64,000 bases of DNA from Candidatus Poribacteria bacterium (GTDB lineage Bacteria; Poribacteria; WGA-4E; UBA9662): NCBI GenBank assembly GCA_046582655.1, contig JAYGDX010000198.1, positions 1-64,000 of the forward strand, read 5' to 3'. Made by a program: the position numbers and the translations under genes. Below, in pieces: positions 1-11,964 of the stretch (its first letter is position 1; each line of letters starts with the position of its first letter). Under the pieces are notes generated by a model. It saw only the letters and a program-made list of their open reading frames with translations, ran no database searches and was not told the origin of the DNA.

Positions 1-132
1 GCTGATCACCTTCTTTCAGAACTGCCGCTAATCATTACACCTGAATGGGCTAAAGGGACAATTCAATGCATCGAAGGTTGTGAAACTGCGGCTCGCGAAA
101 ACCGGTTGGTGGAGATCGAATTTGATTTCTAA
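1..132 (+). CDS. 3' end of a probable Gfo/Idh/MocA-family oxidoreductase (partial, runs off the window)
   Basis: Frame 1 reads ADHLLSELPLIITPEWAKGTIQCIEGCETAARENRLVEIEFDF* (TAA 130-132), resembling the C-terminal helix of this family. Confidence 0.45.
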   Translation, partial: ADHLLSELPLIITPEWAKGTIQCIEGCETAARENRLVEIEFDF

Positions 133-279
133 ATTGCTGTAGGATAGGAGAATCCAATGGCTAGGCCGAGCTGACCTTTAGTCAAAGGAATGTAAGCGAA
201 AATACATCCGCTGGGTATCCAGCTACTACAAAATTGAAACTGATGTCTCCCAGAACATCCAATCCACTTTCTTTCTATT

Positions 280-915
280 AGACACACCCATCGGCCGGCT
301 ATTTCTGTCCCATGTGCCAATATTCCAACATATCTCATCCAAGTAAATACTTGAACATGGTTTTGACCGCCGGAGTGTTAAAAGATGCCTTGGTAACAGA
401 AACTGGAGAGATCAATGGAGAAGAAATGTGGGAGCGATTGACCGGTTTTCTTGGAGAAAGTTCTGCCGACGGAAGAACAGTCCAATGTTAAATTAGTAAT
501 CTATCCAGATAATCCACCTGAGTAGAGGATGCGAGGTGCCGGTAGACTATTAAATCATCAAACCATGAAATGGCTGATTGTAACAATACCTCCTCCTTAG
601 CAACGGATTCGGATTTTGCCAGGAGACAGAAATGGACCTGGACCATCTATTACTTTGGTGGCCTGAACAGAATTTTGATGTTCACGTCCGAAACAGCATA
701 AGGTAAATCCCCAAAAATTTGACGAGTCTTTATTGATAAAGGTAGACGTTGATTCGATTGCTACATATGTGCTTACAGAGAGGTCAAATTTATCAGTGCC
801 ATGACACCAGATTATTCACCTCGAATTATCGGTGATGCTACCTATCCTTAATCTGAAGGTATGGTAGTATTGCTTCGTTACATAAAAGCCATGATACAGA
901 CAATAGAGAAATTAT
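280..915 (+). pseudogene. uxuA: Degraded mannonate dehydratase (UxuA-like) remnant; boundaries approximate
   Basis: Fragments in shifting frames: GEINGEEMWERLT, FLEKVLPTEEQSNVKLVIYPDNPP (cf. HPDDPP motif), KFDESFIDKG, MTPDYSPRIIGD, LRYIKAMIQ. Many stops and frameshifts. Confidence 0.7.
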
Positions 916-929
916 TATAATCCTATCTT

Positions 930-1946
930 ATGAAACTTAGAATAGGCATTGCCGGTTTAAGACGCGGTAGAACATGGATAAATATCTTCTCTCAGGATAA
1001 TAGATCTGATGTTGTTGCGTTATGTGACATAGATCAGTCGCTTCTAGAGGAATTTTCCGCGGACGAAAAGTTCACCGATTTTGGTGATCTCTTGGCTATG
1101 AACCTTGATGCCATTGTCGTCTGTACGCCTCCTGCCTGCCATGCAGAACAAACTGTTCTGGCACTTGGAAATGGTAAGCACGTTCTGTGTGAGGTTCCGG
1201 TTGCTACTACAATTGGCGAATGCCAGCAGATTGTAGTAGCCGTTAATAAATCTGGAAAAAATTATATGCTGGCCGAAAACAGTTGTTATAGCGATATGCA
1301 TCTCTCTTGGAAGTCAACAGTTGCAGACAATGATCTGGGAAAAATCATCTATGCTGAGGCTGAATACGTTCACGACTGCCGCCAACTGATGAAAGGTACC
1401 AATGGTACATTAACCTGGCGTGCCAGTTGGCCACCGATTCAGTACTGCACACATAGTCTAGGACCTCTGCTTTTCATAACTGATGACCGATGTGTCAGTG
1501 CAACGGGCCTTTCCAGTGGAAGCAACGTGGCACCGGACATTGGCGCTATAGATCTAGAAGTTGGGCTTTTCAGAACAGCAAATGAGGTAACTATCAAAAT
1601 TCTTTGTGGATTTTCAATTGAAAGACATCCGGCATTTCACTGGTATATTATCTACGGTGCCAACGGCGTCCTTGAAAGTCAAAGGCAATACAATGATCCG
1701 GTCAGCGGATATTATCAAGCAACCAAATCGGATCAGGAAATGAAGTTTTACCAAAGTAATGCGGCCGCACACGGCACTGCTGAGAATCGGGTGGCCTCAG
1801 AATTCATTAAATCAATACTTAACAACACAACTCCTGCAATCGATGTGTATCGAGCAATGGATTATACCGTACCCGGCATATGTGCTCATCTTTCTGCCCA
1901 AAAGGGCGGAGAAATCGTTTTGGTTCCGGATCTAAGGATCAACTAA
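930..1946 (+). CDS. Gfo/Idh/MocA-family oxidoreductase
   Basis: N-terminal Rossmann fold (IGIAGLRRG), CTPPACH, HVLCEVP, YAEAEYVHD. Confidence 0.9.
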   Translation: MKLRIGIAGLRRGRTWINIFSQDNRSDVVALCDIDQSLLEEFSADEKFTDFGDLLAMNLDAIVVCTPPACHAEQTVLALGNGKHVLCEVPVATTIGECQQIVVAVNKSGKNYMLAENSCYSDMHLSWKSTVADNDLGKIIYAEAEYVHDCRQLMKGTNGTLTWRASWPPIQYCTHSLGPLLFITDDRCVSATGLSSGSNVAPDIGAIDLEVGLFRTANEVTIKILCGFSIERHPAFHWYIIYGANGVLESQRQYNDPVSGYYQATKSDQEMKFYQSNAAAHGTAENRVASEFIKSILNNTTPAIDVYRAMDYTVPGICAHLSAQKGGEIVLVPDLRIN

Positions 1947-1971
1947 ATCCTAATTTCAATAAGGATATATC

Positions 1972-2988
1972 ATGTCTGATAAAGTTGAAGTAGGCTTAAT
2001 CGGTTGTGGTTTAATGGGAAGTCAACATGCTCGGAATTTGGTCGAAATTGAAGGAGCCAATTTACGTGCATTAGCTGATGTCAACTTAGATGCAGCGAAA
2101 CGGTTAAAACAAGAAGCTGGAGGGAAATACTGCACCCCAAATCCACAGGATTTATTTAATGACGAAAAAATAGATCTGATACTCATCTGTACTCACCATC
2201 ATCTACACCTTCCTTTCGCTATTCAAGCTGCTGAAGCTGATAAAGATATTTTTGTCGAGAAACCATTGGCACTGACAATTAAAGAATGCGAACAGATAGA
2301 ATCGACTGTCAAGCATATGGGTGTAAAATTAATGGTCGGGTTCCAAGCCAGATTCTCCCCGTTTATGAAAAAACTGAAACAGTCGGTTCCAAATCCACTG
2401 GTGATTGTGGGGCAAATGGTAGACCCAAGGTGGGGAGATGATAGTTGGGCCAACGATCCAATCGAGGGAGGGGGAAATGTGTTGTCACAAGGTTGTCATC
2501 TACTTGACGCTGTCTGCTGGTTAGCTGGATCTGAACCGATCAGCATCTATGCCGAAGGCGGCAACTTTACACACCCTAAGATACCAGAAATCACCGATAG
2601 CGTTGTCTCGACCATTCGTTTTGCTAGCGGATGCGTAGCCAGTGTTATAATCGGAGATTTTGGCTCACCTGCCCTGGTTGGAAAAGGGTTCTACGAGCTT
2701 TTTGGTGGTGACAAAACCGCTACCCTTTCGGGATACTATAATATCCCGCAAATCAAGTTTTGGGGGATTGAACCTCAGACATTCACTATGAACGACTTAC
2801 CCATAGGATTTCGTAACAGTAGTGCTGCTCACGGTTATGTTGGTCAAATGGAAGCTCTTATTGGTTGGGTGGGATCAGGCACAGATCCCACGGACGCAGC
2901 CAAAGTAGGTGAAGGCCTAAGAGCAACCAAACTGGCGGCTAAAGCGATTGAAGCTATCAAAAGCCAGGTTCCACAAAAAATGCCATAA
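1972..2988 (+). CDS. Gfo/Idh/MocA-family oxidoreductase
   Basis: GLIGCGLMG, IFVEKP, VGFQARF, GGGNVLSQGCHLLD. Confidence 0.92.
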   Translation: MSDKVEVGLIGCGLMGSQHARNLVEIEGANLRALADVNLDAAKRLKQEAGGKYCTPNPQDLFNDEKIDLILICTHHHLHLPFAIQAAEADKDIFVEKPLALTIKECEQIESTVKHMGVKLMVGFQARFSPFMKKLKQSVPNPLVIVGQMVDPRWGDDSWANDPIEGGGNVLSQGCHLLDAVCWLAGSEPISIYAEGGNFTHPKIPEITDSVVSTIRFASGCVASVIIGDFGSPALVGKGFYELFGGDKTATLSGYYNIPQIKFWGIEPQTFTMNDLPIGFRNSSAAHGYVGQMEALIGWVGSGTDPTDAAKVGEGLRATKLAAKAIEAIKSQVPQKMP

Positions 2989-4550
2989 TGCTTTTACTAA
3001 ACAATCCAATTGGAAAACCTATCCGCTTATGGCCTGTTGTCCTGATTTTCTTACTGACCATTCTCACAATTATTTGGATCTGGCTGTTTGACGGTCTAGA
3101 TCGTCAAAATCAAATCCTGCGAAGTATAAGTGTTCTTGGCATTTCACTTTTACTGCTCTTTATTTGGTTACTATTTTTCTCTCGGTTACGATGGAAGATC
3201 CGGCTCTTGTCTCTGGGAACAGTCCTTTGTGTCATCCTGCTTTCAATTGCCCTGTTTCGGATTAAAGGGTTCACGGGAGACTTGATCCCAATACTGGAAT
3301 GGAGTTGGTCTAAGAGGGCTGGCGAGTCATTGACACGAGCCAACACTAATCCAGGAAAAATGGATGAAGCATCATGGCTTTCATCTAACGACTATCCACA
3401 ATTTCTTGGGCCGAATCGCAATGCGACCCTAAGCGGGATAGGATTGGTGCATGATTGGTCGAAACACCCACCGCGGCTCATGTGGCAACAACCCGTAGGC
3501 GCAGGCTGGTCAGCTTTCGCCATTTTTGGGAATTTGGCGGTTACTCAGGAGCAGCATGGTAAAAAGGAAATGGTGGTCTGTTACAATCTGAGGTCTGGTC
3601 AAATAAAGTGGAGGCATAGTGATAACACCCGGTATGAAAAGGAACCTGGGGGTGTTGGACCTCGTGCAACACCGACAATTGTCAAGGGCTATGTATACAC
3701 ACTAGGCGCAACTGGAACTCTGAACTGCTTAGATCTGTTGACTGGTGAATGTGTATGGTCAAAAAATATTGTGAATGATAATAATTCTGAGGTTAATGAA
3801 TGGGGAATAAGTTGCTCACCTTTAGTTCTTGATAACATGGTCGTGGTCAGTGCCGGGGGGCGCCTGGAGAAATCTCTAGTTGCTTATCATAAAGATACGG
3901 GAGACCCCATTTGGCATGCAGGCACTGGTCGAGCCGGTTACAGTTCACCAATAATAACCAATTTTGTGGATGTACCTCAGATTCTTATTTTTAATCGCGG
4001 TTACATTGTTTCTCATAATCCACTTAACGGGCAAATTATTTGGCGACAATCTTGGCCGAAGCAAACACAACATGTTGCTCAACCTCTACCATTACCTGAA
4101 AACCAACTCTTTGTTTCCACTGGATATGGTATCGGTTGTAAGTTATTTCAGATCCATCAAGATAAAAACGCAGAAAAATTTCAAGTTTCCTTGATTTGGG
4201 AAACCCACCATCTAAAAGCCAAGTTTACCAACGTTGTCCATCATGAAGGCTACATCTATGGTCTTGATGATGGCATTCTTGTGTGTCTTGACTTGACTAA
4301 CGGTCAACGTAAATGGAAGCGAGGACGCTACGGACATGGACAGATAATACTGGTAAATAATCTACTTCTAATTCAAGCAGAATCAGGAGAAATTGTGTTA
4401 GTTGGTGCCGACCCTACTGCACACAAGGAGTTATCGAGATTTGCAGCTCTTGACGGCAGAACTTGGAATAATCCAGCACTTTCAGGACCATATCTTCTTG
4501 TCAGAAATGATCAGGAAGCAGCATGTTATTTATTACCGGTGGGAGAATAA
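2988..4550 (+). CDS. Membrane-anchored PQQ-like (BamB-like) beta-propeller protein
   Basis: Three N-terminal TM segments, then YPQFLGPNRN, GPRATPTI, GYSSP and WNNPAL propeller motifs; TAATG coupling to the upstream gene. Confidence 0.85.
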   Translation: MLLLNNPIGKPIRLWPVVLIFLLTILTIIWIWLFDGLDRQNQILRSISVLGISLLLLFIWLLFFSRLRWKIRLLSLGTVLCVILLSIALFRIKGFTGDLIPILEWSWSKRAGESLTRANTNPGKMDEASWLSSNDYPQFLGPNRNATLSGIGLVHDWSKHPPRLMWQQPVGAGWSAFAIFGNLAVTQEQHGKKEMVVCYNLRSGQIKWRHSDNTRYEKEPGGVGPRATPTIVKGYVYTLGATGTLNCLDLLTGECVWSKNIVNDNNSEVNEWGISCSPLVLDNMVVVSAGGRLEKSLVAYHKDTGDPIWHAGTGRAGYSSPIITNFVDVPQILIFNRGYIVSHNPLNGQIIWRQSWPKQTQHVAQPLPLPENQLFVSTGYGIGCKLFQIHQDKNAEKFQVSLIWETHHLKAKFTNVVHHEGYIYGLDDGILVCLDLTNGQRKWKRGRYGHGQIILVNNLLLIQAESGEIVLVGADPTAHKELSRFAALDGRTWNNPALSGPYLLVRNDQEAACYLLPVGE

Positions 4551-4863
4551 ACCGTAGGGTTCACGTTTCGTACGTTCATCAATATGGAGCTGCCAGCATT
4601 TTGCTAAACCTCCGTAATTTTTATTGATCTATACGGCAAAATCAACTATAATGCCGCCTGAGTTGAAAGCGACAAAAATTGGTAGCTTAGTGAATCTGAA
4701 ATCATAAGTTCACACTTCAATAAGAAATTTTGTACATCAGGATATTTTGATACGAATTCCCCAAGTTGCTTCTACGTCAACTCTTACTAGGCTCAAGGTA
4801 AAATCTTGCATAATCAACAGGACGTCACAAAAGTTGCCGTCCATGTAAACCAACGAGGAATTT

Positions 4864-5880
4864 ATGGACTATTCAAAAGTATCGAAAGAACTGGAAGATT
4901 TAGTTACCGACACCTACAAACTTTGGGATCATAATCGTGTCGGTTTCCAGTGGCGTCACTATACCTGGAATCATACCAAGCGTGTGCGTGCAATGGGTAT
5001 GGAACTTGGCAGGCGTGAAGGTGGTGATGTCAAAAAACTTGAAGTTGCTGGGACTCTACACGACATTACCAAAAGATATGATGGCGAGATTTTGACTGAT
5101 GCTGATGGAAATCGTGTCACTAGTGAACAAGGTTTCTGGCTTAATGAAAAACTGAAGCCTGTACGTGAAAATATTGTCACTCGCTTATACGATGATTACG
5201 ACCTGTACAGCACCGTGCACCACGACTCTGGTGCTGTGATCACCGAAAAAATCCTTGTCGATTACGGTTTTGACGCAGATTTTATCGAAGCTGTTCGGTC
5301 AATTGTTTTTGCCCATTTAAAACCGATGAATATGACCAGCGAGGACTTTGACGTTTTGTACAAGAATATCGAAAATCAGATTCTATATGATGCTGATACG
5401 ATGGATCCGAATGTTGGTTACACTGGTTTTTTCCGAAATATTCATATTCACGCGCATTTCGCCATTCAGCGAAACGGCAAGTTCGAACTAGAAAGCTACG
5501 TCCAAGGCCTCCCACGGTTCGTCGACTCCAAAGATAGTTTTGTTGAAAATCTTCTAACCAATTCAGCTAAAGATGTCGCTGAGAAACGCCAAGCACGAAG
5601 TCGAAACCTTGTCTTGCAGATGAATGCAGAATTGGAAGACATGGACATGAACCGAAAATATGGTTTACTTGGCGTGATCGAGTATTTTGTGAGCGAAACG
5701 GCCGATCCTGACTTTGCCTATCAACTTGACCACTTAAAAACAAAGTGGATTCCAGATCTTCAGAAATCAATCGAGGACACAGCATTATCACAATCCGATC
5801 GTAGTGAAGCGCAAGTTGCAGTTGATCGTGTTATCTCTTTCACTCGGGATTTGGAAAATGAATACAAAGGGCTAATGTAA
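4864..5880 (+). CDS. HD-domain metal-dependent phosphohydrolase
   Basis: HTKRV...GTLHDITK...HHDSGA...LYDADTMD metal-ligand pattern; GAGG RBS. Confidence 0.85.
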   Translation: MDYSKVSKELEDLVTDTYKLWDHNRVGFQWRHYTWNHTKRVRAMGMELGRREGGDVKKLEVAGTLHDITKRYDGEILTDADGNRVTSEQGFWLNEKLKPVRENIVTRLYDDYDLYSTVHHDSGAVITEKILVDYGFDADFIEAVRSIVFAHLKPMNMTSEDFDVLYKNIENQILYDADTMDPNVGYTGFFRNIHIHAHFAIQRNGKFELESYVQGLPRFVDSKDSFVENLLTNSAKDVAEKRQARSRNLVLQMNAELEDMDMNRKYGLLGVIEYFVSETADPDFAYQLDHLKTKWIPDLQKSIEDTALSQSDRSEAQVAVDRVISFTRDLENEYKGLM

Positions 5881-6239
5881 CCAGAAATTTGTTCTAAGGA
5901 TCCTTCTGATTCAAGGCATTTACCTTGCTCCGAAACCCCACCTTAGTTTCCATGAGAATTTCAAGAATAGCTGTGCGATTCCTTGAGGACAAGTGTGCAT
6001 ATTATTCACTGTTGTCCTTTCCTTGCAACGCTTGAATCAACTGCTCCTCGGCATAAGCGAGCATTAGGAGTAGGAAGATTGTCGAACGACTCCGAATAAA
6101 CCAGAAAACTGCATGGGTAACTTTAGATGCCTTGTAGTGATGTTATATGACGTAATGAATCCTGAGAAAATATGCATGTGATCGTTGTTTCAGACCGACT
6201 TATGACTCTTTTATCTGATATGTAGCGTTTGTTTGAACC

Positions 6240-6265
6240 TGTACTTAAGTCATAACTAAAATGCA
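6240..6265. repeat. Dispersed 26-bp palindrome, copy A
   Basis: tgtacttaagtcataactaaaatgca; 23/26 match to TGTAYTTAAGTTWTAACTTAARTACA. Confidence 0.8.
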
Positions 6266-6446
6266 TATTTCTTCTGTTTACAGGCTTCCGTGCTTCAAAA
6301 ATGCTGATACTTAGCTTTATCGGACATTATCTCGATCCTTTTTCCCACCTTTTTGGTAAAATAAAATCTGAACGGCTGACCCCTACTGTCAGTTGTAACT
6401 TTCAAAATTCATCAAACCGCTGCAAATAAAGGAGTTTAATATTCTA

Positions 6447-7171
6447 ATGAGACGATTTACTCTTGTTGCCACTTTTGCGTTTGTTAGTTCATTTACTTTT
6501 CTCATTGCTTCCTTAGCTACAGCTGATACGTTAAAGGATGATTTCAAAGATGCCCGCTTAACAAAAGAGCTGTGGGAAATTAAAAAAGGAGATTGGAAAA
6601 TAAAAGATGGATGGTGGGAAAGTAACAGCCCAGCCATCGGTCAAGGTTCCTTTGTTCTCTTCTCCGACATCGAAACCCATGACGATCTGGTCATGCGAGT
6701 TAAATGCAGGGATGAGGGCGGTGGTGCTATACTATCTTTGCCTATGTTGCCGATGATGAAGTGTACTATGCTGGTGCGAGGATTGGTCGTGGCAATTGGA
6801 CAATAGAAAAGAGTGCGCTCGCCGGAGGCGAACAAAACTTCGGTCAAGTTGCCGATGGGCGGATACAGGCAGGAGGTGTGATAATCCCCTAAACCGTATC
6901 GATTGAAGGAAAGGATGTGGTCATCTACGATGAGAAGGATAAGGAGGTGAACCGGCACAGCTTCAGTAAAATGCCCATTGGTCGCATTGGCCTTGCCCAT
7001 GAAAATACGATTACGCAATACGACGATTTTGAGGCAGAGGGCCCAAAAGTCAAGGGTCTATCTGTCCAGCCTGTAAGAAAACTAGCTGTGACTTGGGCAA
7101 GGATTAAAAAGCAATTGCAATTAGCTGCCTCTCATCGAGAAAACAAGGTTTTGATAGAAAAAGACCGATAA
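6447..7171 (+). pseudogene. Frameshifted exported beta-sandwich (DUF1080/lectin-like) protein with C-terminal WxxIK motif
   Basis: AAGGAG RBS, signal peptide, DTLKDDF..WEIKKGDWKIKDG; frame breaks near 6725 and 6890; ends GRIGLAHENTITQYDDFEAEG..VQPVRKLAVTWARIK. Confidence 0.75.
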
Positions 7172-7354
7172 TTTCTGTCCTAATGTTCTGTGGATTTGGC
7201 GGTGTGCTTATAGTCTTTATCTTTCCACACTTTGGTTACAGTATTGTCCGCCCCCATTGTTTGCTTCATGAAAAACCCCGAAGAAATTCAGGAGAAATCC
7301 CTTGAAAAACCACCGTCATGTCAGCTGATACTATTATGGTTCAAGTTGATATAT

Positions 7355-7381
7355 TGTATTTAAGTTAAAAACTAAAGTACA
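7355..7381. repeat. Dispersed palindrome, copy B (27 bp, opposite orientation)
   Basis: tgtatttaagttaaaaactaaagtaca; its reverse complement matches copy H at 26/27. Confidence 0.85.
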
Positions 7382-7448
7382 AGCAGGCTCAAACGCTTAT
7401 CGCAAAGAATTTAGCTTCCTAGTTTACGAACTCGAGAAAGGTTTCCAC

Positions 7449-8974
7449 ATGTCATCAAAACCCAATATTCTCTTTATTATCTCCGACCAACACAACGCCA
7501 AGATTTTGGGACACAAAGGTCACTCAAACGTCAAGACACCACATCTAGATCAGTTAGCCACCAAAGGTGTCCGATTTGAGAATGCCATCACCCAAAACCC
7601 GATCTGTACCCCGAGTCGCGTTTCTTTTTTGTCGGGGCAGTACTGTCACAACCATGGGTACTACGGTCTCAGTGGCCCCAATCCGAACGGTTTGCCCAAT
7701 CTCTTTTCCCACTTTCGCCAATACGGTTACATGACCAGTGCAGTTGGCAAGATCCACTGTCCAGAATACTGGATCGAGGATGCCGTCGATAATTTCCATG
7801 AAACCTGTGACTGTAGTGTCGGTGGTTGTTCAGCCAAGTATACCTCTTTTCTCCGAAGTCGAAACAAACTTCACTTGGAAGACCATAGGCAGATGCCGGA
7901 CTTTGGTGACCGCGGCCGACAGTCGATGGAGGGACGTCCCTCACCTCTGACATTTGAAGAATCCCAGGAAGGTTGGATTGCACAGGAGACGATCCGCTTC
8001 ATCGAATCGGCGCAAGAGGCGGATCAACCGTTTCTTGCCTTTGCCAGTCTACCCCGACCGCATCAATGTACATCGCCAAGTGAGCCTTTCTGGTCCTGGT
8101 ATAAGGATCAGGAATTGGTTTTGCCACCCAATACCGACTACGACATGACCCTCAAAGCCCCCACCCTTCCGGCAGACGGTGGAACGCTGGCGCAAGGGTG
8201 ACTGGACACTAATTGAGCCCAAGACCTTTGAGGCGGGACGATTGCGCAAACTTCACGGTTATTTAGGAGCCGTTAGCCAGGTTGATCATGCAGTTGAACA
8301 AATGATCGGTTTTTTGGAGCGAAGCGGGCTCTGTCAAAATACGATCGTCATCTATACCTCAAGATCACGGTGACTATGCAGCGGAACATGATATCATGGA
8401 GAAAGCACCAGGGATCTGTGCCGATGCCATTACGCGAATTCCCATGATCTGGTCGTGGCCTGACCACTTTCAATCGGGGCACGCTTCGCAACAATTGGTC
8501 GAGTCGGTCGATGTCTCGATCTCACTTTGCCAGTTGGCAGACATTGAGCCACTGGAAACCTCAGATGGTAAAAATATCTCTCATCTGCTGCAGGGGCAGG
8601 AACAGGCTGTTCGAGAGATTGCGGTAACCGAGTTTGCTTGGAGCAAGAGTATCCACAAAGGGCAATATCGTCTGGTCATTTATCCTCGCGCTATGTTCCC
8701 GGAGACGGAAGGCTTCGGCGAACTCTACGATCTGGATGCCGATCCGTGGGAGATGAACAATCTTTATTTTGAGCCCAACTCGATTGACCTAGTTAGGGTA
8801 ATGGAAAAGGATCTGCTAGAATGGCTGGTTACGACCACTCGACCCGCCACGGTACACGGTGTTGAGATTAAATCCAGTCATCAGACCCAAAGGCGGAACA
8901 AATATACCACCAATTTGGATGGGAAGGTTCATCCAGATCAACTGGGACATGTTCGGACCAAGAACTACCTCTAA
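7449..8974 (+). pseudogene. Arylsulfatase/choline-sulfatase-like sulfatase split by two +1 frameshifts
   Basis: KPNILFIISDQH, catalytic CTPSR, GKIH, YTS/DHGD (split by an extra A near 8361), ELYDLDADPWEMNNL; other break near 8170. Confidence 0.85.
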
Positions 8975-9046
8975 CAGTGGGATTAGAAATTGGTTGCGGG
9001 AATTCAAAACAATCTCAACGATGACAAACAGCCGAATGAAGTTACC

Positions 9047-9072
9047 TGTATTTAAGTTGGAATTTTTGGTGC
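9047..9072. repeat. Degenerate dispersed palindrome, copy J (left half conserved)
   Basis: tgtatttaagtt matches the left arm; right arm eroded. Confidence 0.45.
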
Positions 9073-9096
9073 GCGAATGATACTCTCACTCTGGGG

Positions 9097-9230
9097 TTGA
9101 CGAACGATTATATCTCTAACTTATACAGTGTTAGCGTTTATTGTAGCTGCCCTGATTGGTGTCTTTTCGGTGCATATCCAGTGTGGAAAGCAGCTAAATT
9201 ACATCCAATAGAAGCCCTACGACACGAACA
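9097..9230 (+). pseudogene. C-terminal remnant of an FtsX/MacB-type ABC permease
   Basis: LFGAYPVWKAAKLHPIEALRHE matches the typical MacB/FtsX permease C-terminus; the rest of the gene is absent. Confidence 0.65.
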
Positions 9231-9379
9231 GACAACCAGTGAGGAAATAGTATTGATCTCTAGATCTATCTGGTCCCTGGTACAAGTGGAATTTAAAAAT
9301 ATGGGGTAAGTTTTCTGACATCCTCTGATTTTGGGTACAATGCCCCTAAATAGGATGTGATTTTTTAGGTGTCAAAATT

Positions 9380-10058
9380 ATGAAAGGGAGGACTCAGTTC
9401 CTGCTCTTATCAGTGAAATTTTCAACGTTATGGTTTGTTTGGGGGCTCATGATGGTTACATCTGCGGCGCACCCCGCCAAGATCGACTTGCCCAAGGATG
9501 CCGTTATCCTCGAAGCAAACGCCGGAAAGATGGAAAAAGGGGTGACAATCGTCAAGGATAAGGGTGCATCGGAGGGGAAATCAACCGATCATGCGAGAGG
9601 CGCCAAAACAGTGCATGAAATTGAAATCCCCAAGACGGGAGATTGGTATTTATGGATTCGAATCTTTTGTCCTGATTCAAGCAAGGATTCATATTGGGTT
9701 GGAAAAAGCAGCCCCAAGCCCTGCTGAAGACGCATTAGGCGAGCCAGCAGTAAGGATATACTCAGCCGCAGGAGATTCTGCCAATATGGCTGGACATCCT
9801 TTGAACATCTGGTTTTGGGATTCCAATAAGGCTCACACTGATCCACATAGCTTCTTTTAGGTTAAGAAAACAGGAAAACATGTGTTCTGGTCCAAGGGCC
9901 GGGAAGCCGGCACTTTACTGGATCAGCTCTTGCTAATAACAATGGATGACAAATTTAATCCGGAAGAGGCGTCCAAAGGAGATTGGATTGAAATTCCCAA
10001 GGCTGTCCATCCAAATGTTAAACTTGCCCTCACCTGGGGAGCAATTAAGAGTTTCTAG
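9380..10058 (+). pseudogene. Exported carbohydrate-binding-like protein with C-terminal WGxIK motif, disrupted
   Basis: Signal peptide, ILEANAGKMEKG..KGASEGK..GDWYLWIRIF..DSYWV; frameshift near 9705; in-frame TAG 9858-9860; continues ..REAGTLLDQLLL..AVHPNVKLALTWGAIKSF* (TAG 10056-10058). Confidence 0.8.
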
Positions 10059-10088
10059 TATTGGGGTTTCCTGCAGCCTTGATTTGTG

Positions 10089-10901
10089 CTACTGGCGACC
10101 TATCCCATGGTTGAAGTCAAAGACCGGTTTCGCTCCAGACGCTTCCATGACCTTGAAGTCCCGTGGGGATTCCTCCCAAGCGGATTGATACTCGAAGCCC
10201 CACAACCGACGAAGCAGAGGTGAAGCAGACTCAATGAGATCCCGAGGAATTGACCGGGTGTGATCACAAAATGGCTTAATGTACTTACGGCAGCAGAACC
10301 CTTGAATGGAATAACGGATCTCATCGATGGTATTGGGCCCACCACCGTGGATAAGCCGATTATCGTAGATAAGCACTGTACCAGGCGAGCAGATAAAGAG
10401 ACGTTCCTCCCCGGGGCGGACGGCTCCTAGGTCAATATCCCTGATGTGCGATCCAGGCACAAAACGCGTGGCACCGTTGTCAGGAGTGAACTCGGACAGC
10501 GCGAACATCGACTGAGCGGCGAGGGGTAAAATAGCATGCACGTTGTATGGGGGATTGGGAATAAATATCCCTCCATCCCTATGAAGCCCCTGAGAAGAAA
10601 CGCCCCGCATCGGCGAACGCCCCCCCATATCAGAAAGTATATAATCGGATCCTAGAAGGTATTCCATACACGCTACGAGCCTAGGCAGTTGAATGATCTG
10701 CCGAAATATCTCCGCACGGCTTGTAAGGTTAAAAGTCCTCTTCGTATTGGGTTCGTGAAGAGAAACCACGTCCTTCTCACACTCATAAATCTCTTCAAGG
10801 GCCAAAATAGCTTCCTCAACCTGCTTGGAGGTAAGGAAATCTTCTAATATCGTATAGCCTAATTCGTCAAGTTCGCGAAAGTGCCTTTCCATATCTTCCA
10901 T
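10089..10901 (-). CDS. Phytanoyl-CoA dioxygenase (PhyH)-family 2OG-Fe(II) enzyme
   Basis: ELGYTILEDFL, LHRD, NGATRFVPGSH, LIHGGGPN..R. Confidence 0.92.
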   Translation of the reverse strand: MEDMERHFRELDELGYTILEDFLTSKQVEEAILALEEIYECEKDVVSLHEPNTKRTFNLTSRAEIFRQIIQLPRLVACMEYLLGSDYILSDMGGRSPMRGVSSQGLHRDGGIFIPNPPYNVHAILPLAAQSMFALSEFTPDNGATRFVPGSHIRDIDLGAVRPGEERLFICSPGTVLIYDNRLIHGGGPNTIDEIRYSIQGFCCRKYIKPFCDHTRSIPRDLIESASPLLRRLWGFEYQSAWEESPRDFKVMEASGAKPVFDFNHGIGRQ

Positions 10902-11078
10902 GCCAACCGCCTCCTACTAGAAATACCAGTCATTATTTCGACCTCCCAACTCTTCTTAGCTTAAAGAGGTATTGCATATCCAATTGCGATTGCTTCATAG
11001 CTGAACTCCATGTCTAACAGTAAGTATTAACCAAAAGTTAATCAGCATACCATAAGGAATTCGGATTTACTTCAGCCT

Positions 11079-11103
11079 TGTACTTAATTTTTAACTTAAT
11101 ACA
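11079..11103. repeat. Dispersed palindrome, copy C (25 bp)
   Basis: tgtacttaatttttaacttaataca. Confidence 0.8.
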
Positions 11104-11711
11104 ACTTGACTGGGTAATCTCTCGTACTGCCCATTTTTTTAAGGTACAGATAGATTTTATCGGCTCATCAATCCACTAACTTGCCTTGTTTCTTGTAAGC
11201 GTCTCCCCGTATTATATACCCACCAAGTTGACCACGTTGAGTGTAGCCAGGATAAGCAGACTTGTTAGATTGTTGTTCTAACTCCTCCAACATCTGAGTA
11301 TGCACGCGTTCTTGTTTTTTCCTGCCAACATATTATGCACGGCTCCTTGGACGAGGTGGCTATTTTGAGCGAGGACCTAATGGTGAAGCAAATTCAACTA
11401 ATTATGACACAAGGCTTAGCTTCAGCATTAGCCATAGAGCCTAGAGATAAGCTCTCGACTAACGGGGAAACGATTAAGGCTAATCACCGTTGATGGTTCC
11501 AACAAAATCGTCGACCATTAACTCTTTCATACCTTCCACGTCTCCTGCAGCAAACTTTGAATACACACTATCTACTACTTCTTCAACTGTCACTTTTCAC
11601 TCCTGTTAAAACTATAATTTACAATAAAAAAAGACTTGCTGTCATTTCATCTGCAGAAGAGAGTATGCTTGTTCCTGTGCAAGATCTTCAAACTATTCAC
11701 AATCGAGCAGT

Positions 11712-11737
11712 TGCATTTAAGTTATAATTTAAATACA
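11712..11737. repeat. Dispersed palindrome, copy D
   Basis: tgcatttaagttataatttaaataca; 24/26 match to consensus. Confidence 0.85.
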
Positions 11738-11964
11738 GGTTTTTTTAGGTGAAGTATGAGTACAGAATACTATAGGAATTCAGGCATTTGTTTCTGTTGG
11801 CAAATAGATCTTATAAAAATTTCTTGGTAAACTCAACCTTCCTTCTGATATCCTTAATAAGGCAGTTGATTTATTTTAGTAGTAAATGAGCATAATGCTT
11901 TAGAAAGTGCCAGCTTAGTAAATCTAAGCCTGGCTATTTAATTAATAAGGAAAAAGTAGAAGTT

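Noticed and set aside
9858..9860. In-frame TAG as pyrrolysine or stop-codon recoding
   Set aside because: The same gene also has a frameshift, TAG ends normal genes here (cspA, ureA, ureC), and no pyl genes are seen.
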